Below are positions 48,943-58,300 of a DNA stretch of 60,013 bases, in pieces. Location: NCBI GenBank assembly GCA_035278405.1, contig DATEJA010000240.1, forward strand, positions 1-60,013, written 5' to 3'. The notes beneath the pieces are model-generated. The model was not told the origin of the DNA. It did not search any database and worked only from the letters and a program-made list of their open reading frames with translations. The stretch's first letter is position 1. Each line of letters opens with the position of its first letter. The stretch is from Sphingobium sp. GTDB lineage: Bacteria; Pseudomonadota; Alphaproteobacteria; Sphingomonadales; Sphingomonadaceae. The position numbers were made by a program, and so were the translations under genes.

Positions 48943-50079
48943 TCAGCCCGCCTTCGCGCCCAGCGGATCGGTATAGCCCTGGAAGCCATATTGGTCGTGC
49001 GGGCCGATGACCATCTGTTCGAGCACGCCATAGCCGACCTTGTCGCCGATGCGGGTGCGGATGACCTGCTGGGCATGTTGGAACTTGATCGCGGTCAGGT
49101 CGATCTCATTGGTGTTCCAATGTTCGGCGGTGAAGGCTTCCTCGCCCTTCCACATGCCGTGGCCCCATTCGGGATGGTTGTAGCCGATGCCATACATGTG
49201 GAAGCGCAGCAGCGGCTCGATCTCGACATTGAGGACGGTGCCGTCCTTTTCGACCAGCTCGATCTCGCCGCCGGTGACGAAGCGGTTGCCCGGATTTTCG
49301 AACTTGAGGCGATGCTTGCCGATGCCGATCTCGCGGAAGCCGGTGGGATCGAGCGTGTCGAAATCCGCATCCTTGTCATACAGCGGGAAGATCTGGGCGA
49401 AATCCTTCATGCTGATGCCCTGCTGGTTTTCCCAGGTGCCATAATGGGTGCAGCGGTCTTCCCAGATAATCGGCGCCCACAGATAGAAGGCCTGGGGCGG
49501 GGTCATGTCATGGGTGCCCCCGACCGGCTCGCCGCACATGCGCCAGCCCCAGCTGCGGTCGCGGATGCCGTAGCAATCGTCGATTTCCTGGCGGCGCCCC
49601 TTGACGTCGATGAAGCCGCTCCAGCGTCCGAACTGGGTGTAGCGCTTCATCTGCATGGTCATGCGCACGCGCGGGCGGACCCGGTCATGCGGTTCCTCAT
49701 GAACGGGCGTGGTGCCGGTGAAGGTGAGGTCGGCGGTGAAGCCGGTTTCATTGTCGGCGATGGTGACGCGGATCACCCGCATCAGCTCGACAATCTCCAT
49801 CTTGAGCGGGCCCACCTGCATTTCGGTGCGGTCGACCGGGCAGCGGCGCGAGGCGCGGAAGCTGTCCTGCGTGCCGTCCTTGCGCACGATGGACACGGCG
49901 CAGTCCATCACTTCCCGGTTGGGATAGACGGCAAAGGCGATGCCGAAATAATATTCGCCGTCGGGCGAAAAGCCGTTGTACCAGTAGCGGCCGTAGGCGT
50001 CCCGATCGCTGGTATCCAGATAGGCGAGGGATTCGACCGTCTGCTGCAGCGGCAGGTCGTCATATTTGATCAGCATCAA
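48943..50079 (-). CDS. Conserved hypothetical beta-rich protein (tocopherol cyclase/AttH-like fold possible)
   Basis: YGRYWYNG, RYTQFGRWSG, GIRDRSWGWR and GYNHPEWGHG; strong coding-like composition. Confidence 0.8.
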   Translation of the reverse strand: MMLIKYDDLPLQQTVESLAYLDTSDRDAYGRYWYNGFSPDGEYYFGIAFAVYPNREVMDCAVSIVRKDGTQDSFRASRRCPVDRTEMQVGPLKMEIVELMRVIRVTIADNETGFTADLTFTGTTPVHEEPHDRVRPRVRMTMQMKRYTQFGRWSGFIDVKGRRQEIDDCYGIRDRSWGWRMCGEPVGGTHDMTPPQAFYLWAPIIWEDRCTHYGTWENQQGISMKDFAQIFPLYDKDADFDTLDPTGFREIGIGKHRLKFENPGNRFVTGGEIELVEKDGTVLNVEIEPLLRFHMYGIGYNHPEWGHGMWKGEEAFTAEHWNTNEIDLTAIKFQHAQQVIRTRIGDKVGYGVLEQMVIGPHDQYGFQGYTDPLGAKAG

Positions 50080-50136
50080 TGCTCTCCAATAAGGATTCCC
50101 CGGCCCGACAGGGGGCCACGGCGGAACCTGAAATCG

Positions 50137-51219
50137 TCAGAGGATGAATTCCTGCGCCCCCAGCGCCAGCGCTTGTTGCAGGTGCCGCTTCGCCATGGTC
50201 GCGAACAGGCGGTCGCCGCGTTCGGTCTGCTGGACGAAGACGGTGCCGACCACCGCCGTCATGATGCCCAGGAACACGGCGCGGCGGTAATCTTCCCAGC
50301 AATTTTCCCACGGATAGTCGGTGACCCCGGCCGCGACCAGCGCGCCATGATAGTCGCGCACAATCTGTTCCTCGACCGGGCGCAGATCCTCCGGCAGCAC
50401 GCAGCCGCCCAGGAAATAGGCAAGATCGCGCATCGGATTGCCCGCGATCAGCGTCTGCCAGTCGACCACATGGGTGGTGGGCGGGGTGACCGTGTCGTTG
50501 ATCAGGAAATTGTCGAGCCGATAGTCGCTGTGGGTCGCGCAATAGACCGCAAGCTGGGGCGGCTCGCTGGGGAAGGCGGGCGTTTCCGACAGGCGCTTGA
50601 GGATATCCAGTTCCTCGGCCGTCAGATCGCCGGAGCAGCGATCCAGGAAGGGCTGGTAGCCGCTATTATAGGCGCCCCGGATGAAGGCGTTGTACGTTTC
50701 GACATCGCCATTGCTCATCCAGTCGACGTCGAGAATGTCGGCATTGCGCCAGGTCGGCGCGTGCAGGCCGACCAGGTCCATCACCCGCTCGCGCGCGAAA
50801 TCGACGCTGCACCCGGCGATCTGGTCGCCCTGCACGGCAGGTGTCAGATCCTCCAATATCAGGATGAAGTCCGGGCCGTTCCCGTCGATATCGGCATAAT
50901 AGCAGCGCGGCGCGGTGATCGACAGATTGGGCAGCAGGATGCGGTAGAAATTGATCTCCCGCAGATAGATCTTGTACTGCGTCGCAATCTTGCGCGGCTC
51001 TTCTTCGAGCGAGGGGAATTTAGCGATCAGCGAGCGCGGAAAGGCCGGATCATCCTGGGCATAGTCCATCTCGAACCGATAGCAGCGCGCGCCCTGTCCG
51101 GTGCCGATGCGGCTGGTCCGCACCGCCGTGACGGTCGCGCCGTCCAGCCCCGCGCTGCGCAGCGCCTGGGTCAGCCACTCCGGAGAGATGTCGTCGATTT
51201 CGGGGATAGTGTGGGACAT
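50137..51219 (-). CDS. Small-molecule phosphotransferase (APH/choline/ecdysteroid kinase-like)
   Basis: IGTGQ loop, SLIAK, REINFY, LEDL, HSDYRLDN and VDWQ. Confidence 0.88.
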   Translation of the reverse strand: MSHTIPEIDDISPEWLTQALRSAGLDGATVTAVRTSRIGTGQGARCYRFEMDYAQDDPAFPRSLIAKFPSLEEEPRKIATQYKIYLREINFYRILLPNLSITAPRCYYADIDGNGPDFILILEDLTPAVQGDQIAGCSVDFARERVMDLVGLHAPTWRNADILDVDWMSNGDVETYNAFIRGAYNSGYQPFLDRCSGDLTAEELDILKRLSETPAFPSEPPQLAVYCATHSDYRLDNFLINDTVTPPTTHVVDWQTLIAGNPMRDLAYFLGGCVLPEDLRPVEEQIVRDYHGALVAAGVTDYPWENCWEDYRRAVFLGIMTAVVGTVFVQQTERGDRLFATMAKRHLQQALALGAQEFIL

Positions 51220-51508
51220 GGTTCCTCTCTCGGAAAAATCCTGACGGCCTGGATGTTGGACCGGCGATGGCGCGACGTCTTATAGGCGCCTTCCTGCCAG
51301 GTCGCCACCTGGGCCACCATCACATTTGTGGAAATTCGCCTTGCTGGATGATCCTCTCGCCTCTGGATTTTACTTTGCATTGGATTAAAGAGAGTGCAAG
51401 CCGCTTTTCCGCACCGCCGCCGCCGGGGGGCGACGCGTGGCCAGGATATGCCGGCGTTGAAATAAGGACTCGGCCCCGCGCATGGGCACAGATCGAGAGG
51501 ACAACAGG

Positions 51509-52999
51509 ATGAATTCGACCAGCACCGCAGCCGCTTCCCCCTGGCAGGGCGAACTGGCTTCCGATCGTCCCTACCGTCTGCTGATCGACGGGCAATTCGT
51601 CGAGGGCCAGGAAGGGCAGAGCTTCGCCTGCGAATATCCCTTCACCGGCGAAAGCTGGGGCGCCGCGCCGCTCGCCACGGCGGCCGATGTCGACAAGGCG
51701 GTGCAGGCCGCGCATCGCGCCTTCGACAGCTGGAGCCGGACCCGTCCCGCCGACCGCGCGCGGCTGCTGCGCCGGCTCGCCGACCTGCTGCTGCGCGACG
51801 CCGACAATCTGGGGCTGCTCCAGGTGCATGAAAATGGCAAGCTGCTGAGCGAGATGCGCTTCACCGGGCAGGGCATGTCGGACCTGGCCCATTATATGGC
51901 CGGCCTGGCCGAAAGCACGGGCGGTCATGCCTCCGCCTCCAACGTGCCCAACACGACCAGCTACAGCGTGCGCGAGCCGATCGGCGTGGTTGCGGCGATC
52001 ACGCCCTGGAACAGCCCGCTGGCGCTGCTCGGCTGGAAGCTGTTCCCGGCATTGGCGGCGGGCAACACGATCGTGGTCAAGCCTTCGGAAGTGACGCCGC
52101 TTTCGACCCTGCGGCTGGGCGAATTGTGCATGGAGGCGGGCTTCCCCGAGGGCGTGGTCAACATCGTCACCGGCCATGGCGCGACGGGCGCGGCGCTGGT
52201 CGACCATCCGCTGGTCGACAAGATCGCCTTCACTGGCGCGACCGGCACCGGCCAGGCGATCGCCCGCGTGGCGGCGGGCCGCAATGCGCGGCTGTCGCTG
52301 GAACTGGGCGGCAAGTCGCCCAACATCATCTTCGAGGATGCCGATCTCGACAAGGCGATCGACGGCATCATCGCCGGCATCTTCAGCGCCAGCGGCCAGA
52401 GCTGCATCTCGGGATCGCGCATCCTGGTGCAGGCGTCGATCGGCGATGATTTCTTCAAGGAACTCGGCCGCCGCGTCGATGCGATGAAGCTGGGCGATCC
52501 GCTCGATCCGGCGAGCCAGATCGCGCCGCTCGCGTCGCGCACGCACCTGGCCAAGGTGGTTTCCTATCTCGATATCGCCAAGGGGGAGGGCGCGACCGCC
52601 ATCGCCGGTGGCGACCGGCCGAGCGACCCCACACTTGCCGATGGCTTCTTCGTGCGGCCGACGCTGTTCACCGGCATCACCAACGAAAACCGCATCGCTC
52701 GCGAGGAAGTGTTCGGCCCGATCGGCGCGATCATCCGCTTCAAGGACGAGGAAGATGCAGTCCGCATCGGCAATGATACCAGCTTCGGCCTGGCCGCCGC
52801 CGTCTGGACCGAGAATATCCGCCGCGCCCACCGCATGGTGCCGCGCCTGCGCGCGGGCACCGTCTGGGTCAACCAGTATCGCTCCGGCGAGTTCGCGCGC
52901 CCGTTCGGCGGCTTCCGCCAGAGCGGGGTGGGCCGCGAACTCGGCACCGAGGCGCTGCACGCCTATACCGAGCCCAAGTCCATCTTCATCGCCCATTGA
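51509..52999 (+). CDS. NAD-dependent aldehyde dehydrogenase
   Basis: ITPWN, KPSE, FTGA, LELGGKS, GQSC and EEVFGP. Confidence 0.95.
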   Translation: MNSTSTAAASPWQGELASDRPYRLLIDGQFVEGQEGQSFACEYPFTGESWGAAPLATAADVDKAVQAAHRAFDSWSRTRPADRARLLRRLADLLLRDADNLGLLQVHENGKLLSEMRFTGQGMSDLAHYMAGLAESTGGHASASNVPNTTSYSVREPIGVVAAITPWNSPLALLGWKLFPALAAGNTIVVKPSEVTPLSTLRLGELCMEAGFPEGVVNIVTGHGATGAALVDHPLVDKIAFTGATGTGQAIARVAAGRNARLSLELGGKSPNIIFEDADLDKAIDGIIAGIFSASGQSCISGSRILVQASIGDDFFKELGRRVDAMKLGDPLDPASQIAPLASRTHLAKVVSYLDIAKGEGATAIAGGDRPSDPTLADGFFVRPTLFTGITNENRIAREEVFGPIGAIIRFKDEEDAVRIGNDTSFGLAAAVWTENIRRAHRMVPRLRAGTVWVNQYRSGEFARPFGGFRQSGVGRELGTEALHAYTEPKSIFIAH

Positions 53000-53023
53000 T
53001 GCGCCGACAGGGTGGAGGAGCCA

Positions 53024-54295
53024 ATGGCAGGCCATTTCCAGGAGCCCGGCTCTTTCCCCTCGCGCACCGCATCAGCGAGCGAGCTGCGGCGCCATTGGCG
53101 CATCCTGCTGGCCTGCATGGTCGGCTGCGCGCTGGGGGTCGCGACCTTGCCGAGCTATTTGCTCGGCCCCCTGGCGCCGCTGCTGACGCGCAGTCTGCAC
53201 TGGTCGACCACGGATATTCTGCAGAGCACATCCTTCCTGGCGGCGGGCGTCGCCATGGGGGCGATGATCGCCGGTCGCCTGTGCGACCGACATGATCCAC
53301 GCAAGCTCGCCGCCTTGTCGATCATCTGCCTGGCCGCGCTGTTCGTCGTGGCCATATTCGCATCGGCCTGGTCGGTGTGGGCGTTCCGCGCCATCTGCCT
53401 GCTGATGGGGTTGACCGCGGGCGGCACGTCGGGGGTCATCTATACGCGGATCATCAGCGCGCATTTCGTGCGCGCACGCGGCCTGGCGCTGGGCATCACC
53501 ATATCGGGCGCCGGCATTACCGCCTTTGCCGCGCCGCTCGTCGTCCATGCGATCGGGTCGACTTATGGCTGGCAGGCGGTGTTCCTCGCGGTGACCGCGG
53601 TCCTGCTACTGTTCGCCCTGCCGGTCGTCTGGCTGGGCACAGGAGACGGCGACAGGCCCGGCGCGAGCCAAGCCGCAAACCCGGCAAGCGGCGGCGGCCT
53701 TACCCTGGCGCAGGCGGTCCGTGGCGTGCGCTTCTACCTGCTGCTGGTGCCGCTGGTGGCGCTGGGCCTTATCATGGGCAGCGTCCTGGTGGTCACCGTT
53801 CCGGCGCTGGTCAGTCGCGGCATCAGCCCGGCGCGAGCCGCCGAAATCGCGTCGCTGTTCGGCATTTCGCAGGTCGTCGCGCGGCTGGGTTGCGGGTGGG
53901 TCTTGGATCGCGTCAGGCCCAGCATCGTGGCCATGGCCGTTTTCTCGTTAGGGGCGATCGGCGCCTATAGTTTCAACGGCGGCGGCACCGCAGGCGCGAT
54001 GCTGGCCGTGATCTTCATCGGCATCGTCAACGGCGCGGAAATCGACCTGGTCTCCTTCATGACCGCGCGCTTCTATGGCGTCGCGCATTATGGCTCGATC
54101 TTCGGCGCCTTCTTCGGTTCCTACATGGTCATCTGCATCATCGGCCCGCTGTTCGGCGCGCAACTAATCGCGCTTGGCGGCTATGCGATGCTGTTCAATT
54201 GCGTCGCCATGCTGTTCCTGGTCGCCGCCGGAGCGATGGCGATGCTGCTGTTCGTCGAAGGTGAGGCGCATCCCTCTGCGGTGGCGCGCCATTGA
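53024..54295 (+). CDS. MFS transporter
   Basis: About 12 hydrophobic segments; GRLCDRHDPR motif-A variant; RGLALGI; GWVLDR. Confidence 0.9.
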   Translation: MAGHFQEPGSFPSRTASASELRRHWRILLACMVGCALGVATLPSYLLGPLAPLLTRSLHWSTTDILQSTSFLAAGVAMGAMIAGRLCDRHDPRKLAALSIICLAALFVVAIFASAWSVWAFRAICLLMGLTAGGTSGVIYTRIISAHFVRARGLALGITISGAGITAFAAPLVVHAIGSTYGWQAVFLAVTAVLLLFALPVVWLGTGDGDRPGASQAANPASGGGLTLAQAVRGVRFYLLLVPLVALGLIMGSVLVVTVPALVSRGISPARAAEIASLFGISQVVARLGCGWVLDRVRPSIVAMAVFSLGAIGAYSFNGGGTAGAMLAVIFIGIVNGAEIDLVSFMTARFYGVAHYGSIFGAFFGSYMVICIIGPLFGAQLIALGGYAMLFNCVAMLFLVAAGAMAMLLFVEGEAHPSAVARH

Positions 54296-54341
54296 TCATT
54301 TGTTGAATTCAAATTAATAAAGCGGCACTGGCGGAGAGAGG

Positions 54342-56498
54342 GTGAACGTGGTCAAGGGCGGGGTTTCGAAAAGCTGCAGGGCAGTTCAAAAGGCCGCTGT
54401 CGCGGTCTGCATGCTTGTGCCGCTGGTCAGTGGCTGCGGCGCGGGCAAGGATCCCGGCTCCGCCTATTATCAGGATTTCAATTCCGGGAAGAACTGGCCC
54501 GGCTACGGCAATACCTATGGCGAGCAGCATTATAGCCCGCTTGCCCAGATCAACCGTGGCAATGTGGCCAAGCTGGGGCTGCAATGGTCGCTCGACCTCG
54601 ACAGCGACAACAGCGCGACCCAGCCCATTGCGGTGAACGGCGTCGTCTATTTCGCGACCGGGCACAGCATCGTCCATGCCGTCGACGCGCGCACCGGCAA
54701 GCTGCTCTGGCGCCACGACCCGCATGCGGCAGAGGCGGCGGGCAAGAATCTGCGTCTGGGCTGGGGCAGCCGGGGCATTTCCTCGTGGGGCGGCAAAATC
54801 TATACCGGCACGCAGGACGGCCGGCTGATCGCCATCGATGCCAGCACCGGCAAGGAAGTCTGGAGCGTGCAGACCTTCCCGCCGACGCAGGCCGCCTATA
54901 TCTCGGGCGCGCCGCGCATCTTCGGCAACCGGGTCATCGTCGGCTTCGGCAGCGACATGGGCAAGGTGCGGGGCTATGTCACCGCCTATGACGCCGCCAC
55001 CGGCAAGCAGGCGTGGCGCTTCTACACGGTGCCGGGCAACCCGGCCGACGGGTTCGAGAACAAGGCCATGGAGATGGCGGCCAAGACGTGGCACGGCCAA
55101 TGGTGGAAATATGGCGGCGGCGGCACGGTATGGAACGCCATTTCCTATGACCCGGATACCGACACGGTCTTCATCGGCACCGGCAATGGCTATCCCTGGA
55201 ACTACAAGCTGCGCAGCGAGGGGAAGGGGGACAATCTGTTCCTCGCCTCGACGGTCGCGCTCGACGGCAAGACGGGGGCCTATAAATGGCATTATCAGCA
55301 GAATCCCGGCGAAACCTGGGATTATAACGCGGCCATGGACATGGCGCTGGCCGACCTGCCGATCGACGGCAAGCCGCGCAAGGTGCTGATGACCGTGCCC
55401 AAGAACGGCTTTTTCTACGTGCTCGACCGGCTGAACGGGAAGTTGATCTCCGCCAAGCCGATCGTCAAGGTGAACTGGGCCAGCGGCGTCGACCTCAAGA
55501 CCGGGCGGCCGATCGAAAATCCGCTGGCGCGCTTCCCCAGCGGCACCCAGTTCCGCATGTGGCCGGCTTCCACCGGCGCGCACAGTTGGCCGCCGATGGC
55601 CTATAGTCCCTCGACGCGGCTCGCCTATATCCCGGCCATTCGCGTGAGCATGGACATCGCCGATTCCGCCGATCTCAAGACTTGGAAGGCGCCCGACGAT
55701 CGCGTGTCAGGCGGCACGCTGGCGGTGAGCTATCCGCCGCAGACGCCCGACAATCCTGATCAGCTGACCGGCGAACTGATGGCCTGGGACCCCGTCACCC
55801 AGAAGAAGCTGTGGGGCGTCCGCCATCCCACCCCCTCCAATGGCGGCGTCATGGCGACCGGCGGCGATCTCGTCTTCCAGGGCACGATCGACGGCACGTT
55901 CAAGGCCTATGACGCGCGCACCGGCAAGATCCTCTGGTCGTTCGACGCCGGGACGCCGATCATCGCGCCGCCCATTTCCTATGAGGTCGACGGCAAGCAA
56001 TATGTCACCGTGCTGACGGGCCTGGGCACGACCATGGGCATTTTCGGCCCGGTGCTCGACAAATATAATGTCGATCCACGCACCCAGAAGCGGCGCGTGC
56101 TGACCTTCATGCTCGGCGGGCAGGCGACCTTGCCGCATAGCCCCTTCACGCGGCCTCCCTTCGCGGAGGTCGGCGATTTCCGGCGCGATCCCGCCAAGAT
56201 CGCCACGGGCATGGGGCTCTATTACGCGCATTGCATGGCCTGCCACGGGGTCGGCCTGGTTGCCGCCACGCACGCGCCCGATCTGCGCCGATCGGCCGTG
56301 CCCGGGTCGGCGGAGGCTTTCGCATCGGTCGTGCGCGACGGTATCGTTCGCGCCAACGGCATGCCGGGCTTCGGGGAATTCACCGACGCGCAGCTGGAAA
56401 GTCTGCGGCAATTCATCCAATCGGAAACAATGAGGGCCAGGCAGGAAGCGGCCGGCGGGGCTCGCCGCCCCCCGACGTCGCTGCCCAGCGTCCATTAA
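54342..56498 (+). CDS. PQQ-dependent quinohaemoprotein dehydrogenase (type II), putative lipoprotein
   Basis: Lipobox-like VSGC, YSPLAQIN, Trp-docking repeats, GGGTVWN, WDY, KNGFFYVLDR and C-terminal cytochrome c CMACH. The start is uncertain. Confidence 0.92.
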   Translation: MNVVKGGVSKSCRAVQKAAVAVCMLVPLVSGCGAGKDPGSAYYQDFNSGKNWPGYGNTYGEQHYSPLAQINRGNVAKLGLQWSLDLDSDNSATQPIAVNGVVYFATGHSIVHAVDARTGKLLWRHDPHAAEAAGKNLRLGWGSRGISSWGGKIYTGTQDGRLIAIDASTGKEVWSVQTFPPTQAAYISGAPRIFGNRVIVGFGSDMGKVRGYVTAYDAATGKQAWRFYTVPGNPADGFENKAMEMAAKTWHGQWWKYGGGGTVWNAISYDPDTDTVFIGTGNGYPWNYKLRSEGKGDNLFLASTVALDGKTGAYKWHYQQNPGETWDYNAAMDMALADLPIDGKPRKVLMTVPKNGFFYVLDRLNGKLISAKPIVKVNWASGVDLKTGRPIENPLARFPSGTQFRMWPASTGAHSWPPMAYSPSTRLAYIPAIRVSMDIADSADLKTWKAPDDRVSGGTLAVSYPPQTPDNPDQLTGELMAWDPVTQKKLWGVRHPTPSNGGVMATGGDLVFQGTIDGTFKAYDARTGKILWSFDAGTPIIAPPISYEVDGKQYVTVLTGLGTTMGIFGPVLDKYNVDPRTQKRRVLTFMLGGQATLPHSPFTRPPFAEVGDFRRDPAKIATGMGLYYAHCMACHGVGLVAATHAPDLRRSAVPGSAEAFASVVRDGIVRANGMPGFGEFTDAQLESLRQFIQSETMRARQEAAGGARRPPTSLPSVH

Positions 56499-56522
56499 TG
56501 TCTCGGGAGAGGAGGCAGAGGA

Positions 56523-57650
56523 ATGAAAAGGCTTGAAGAAAAGGTCGCGGTCGCCGGGGTGGGCCATACCGCCTACGGCAACTTCCCCGACCGTGACGAA
56601 TATTCCCTGGCGACCGAAGCCTTCGCTAGGGCCCTGGCGGATTGCGGCCTCCGGAAGGACCAGATTGACGGCCTCGGCATTTGCCGCATCCCCGATTATA
56701 CCGTTATGGGCGAGACGCTCGGCCTCAATCCGCGCTGGACGATGCAGTTCCCCGCGCATGGGCGCATGTCGGGCATGGGCATATTGATGGCCGCCAGCGC
56801 CATCGCGACCGGCCAGGCTAATGCGATCGCGCTGCTCTACGCCAATATCGGCCGATCGCGGCGGGTGAATTACGGCGGCGATGAAATCCCCTCGCTGTGG
56901 GATGCATGGAATTACACCTCGCCCGGCGCCGCCTATTCGCTGATGTTCCGTCAGCATATGGAGCGTTACGGAACGACCACGCGGCAGCTGGGCGAAGTGT
57001 CGGTCGCCATCCGGTCCCATGCGGTACTCAATCCCGACGCGGTGATGCGCAAGCCGATCACGCTGGACGACCATGAAGCCTCGCGCCCGATCGTCGCGCC
57101 GCTGCGCCTGTTCGATTATTGCCTGATCAACGATGGCGCCGTCTGCATCATCCTGACCTCAGCGGACCGAGCGCGCGACCTGGCCAAGCCGCCGGTGCTG
57201 ATTGCCGGCCATGGCGGTTATGACGGGCTCGCGACCTCGTCGATCCTGGGCTATGACCGCGACTGTTTCTACGATCATCTGCGCATTGCCGGGGAAGACT
57301 CCTACCGCACCGCCGGCATTTCGCGCGACGATGTCGACGCGCTGATGGTCTATGACAATTTCAGCCCGGCCGTGCTCTTCGCGCTCGAAGGGCTGGGCTA
57401 TTGCGGCCGGGGCGAAAGCGGCGCCTTCGTCGAAAATGGCGGCATCGCGCTGGGCGGCCGCCTGCCGGTCAATACCGATGGCGGGCATCTGTCCAATTCC
57501 TATCTGCAGGGCTGGGCGCTCAATGTGGAGGCAGTTCGCCAGATCCGGGGCGAGGGCGGCGAGCGCCAGGTTCCCGACTGCAAGATCGTGCAATATGCCC
57601 AGGGCACGCCCTGCACGCGTTCGATCATCTACACGGCGGAAGGCCTTTAA
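56523..57650 (+). CDS. Thiolase-fold protein, SCP2/Ltp2 aldolase-like
   Basis: AVAGVGHT, PLRLFDYCLINDGA, VYDNFS and NTDGGHLSNSY; no canonical thiolase nucleophile Cys motif. Confidence 0.85.
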   Translation: MKRLEEKVAVAGVGHTAYGNFPDRDEYSLATEAFARALADCGLRKDQIDGLGICRIPDYTVMGETLGLNPRWTMQFPAHGRMSGMGILMAASAIATGQANAIALLYANIGRSRRVNYGGDEIPSLWDAWNYTSPGAAYSLMFRQHMERYGTTTRQLGEVSVAIRSHAVLNPDAVMRKPITLDDHEASRPIVAPLRLFDYCLINDGAVCIILTSADRARDLAKPPVLIAGHGGYDGLATSSILGYDRDCFYDHLRIAGEDSYRTAGISRDDVDALMVYDNFSPAVLFALEGLGYCGRGESGAFVENGGIALGGRLPVNTDGGHLSNSYLQGWALNVEAVRQIRGEGGERQVPDCKIVQYAQGTPCTRSIIYTAEGL

Positions 57651-57653
57651 GAC

Positions 57654-58052
57654 ATGTCCTACGCATCGGCGAAGAACCCGCTGCTCGAACCCTTCTGGGA
57701 AGGCGCGCGCGAGCATCGTCTGCTGATCCAGCAATGCGGCCAGTGCGGCAACCGCCGTTTCCCGCCCATGCCGGCCTGCCCGCAATGCCTGTCGTCCGAC
57801 CTGCATTGGAGCGAGGTGAGCGGGCGCGGCACGGTGGAATCGGTCATCACCTTCCACCAGCAATATTGGCCCGACCGCCCGCCGCCCTATGACGTGCTGC
57901 TGATCGCACTGGAGGAAGGGCCCTTGATGATGAGCAACGCGGTCGAGGGCCATGCGCTGCCGGCCGTGGGCGAAGCGGTGCGGGTCAACTTCGAAACGCG
58001 GGCGGACGGATCGGTCATTCCGCAATTCGTCGCCGCCGCCGAAGCGGGCTGA
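57654..58052 (+). CDS. DUF35 Zn-ribbon / OB-fold protein
   Basis: PFWEGAREHRLLIQQCGQC...CPQC, SGRGTV and LEEGP. Confidence 0.9.
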   Translation: MSYASAKNPLLEPFWEGAREHRLLIQQCGQCGNRRFPPMPACPQCLSSDLHWSEVSGRGTVESVITFHQQYWPDRPPPYDVLLIALEEGPLMMSNAVEGHALPAVGEAVRVNFETRADGSVIPQFVAAAEAG

Positions 58053-58205
58053 TCGCTCTGCGGCCCCTGCGCCTCCGCTAATCCACCGCTGCGGCGCAGG
58101 AACCGCCGCGCCATCGCCAGCCGCGCCCTTGCGCTTGGCTTCCCTCGGTCACGCTCGGCCTTCGGGCGGACGGGGGCCGATCGCGCGCGCCTGCCGCCGG
58201 CGAGG

Positions 58206-58246
58206 TTGACAGAAACTCACGAATAGACATTATACTCCCGAGTAGG
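58206..58246 (+). promoter_or_regulatory. Sigma70-like promoter with an overlapping palindrome upstream of the thiolase
   Basis: TTGACA at 58206-58211, CATTATACT -10 region, and TACTC-CC-GAGTA at 58233-58244. Confidence 0.45.
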
Positions 58247-58300
58247 AAAACATGTCTTGCTATCGATTCCACGGACATGATTAGGGAAGGAGACGTCGCA

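Noticed and set aside
50137-51219. Aminoglycoside resistance gene
   Set aside because: Only the fold-level motifs are shared; length and catabolic context fit the broader small-molecule kinase group.
48919-51285. 788-aa plus-strand ORF
   Set aside because: Antisense to the kinase and its partner, which carry the recognisable motifs and ribosome-binding sites.
36184-58300. Formal genomic island, ICE or prophage call
   Set aside because: No integrase, transposase, tRNA or att-like direct repeats were seen, and composition looks similar to the flanks.
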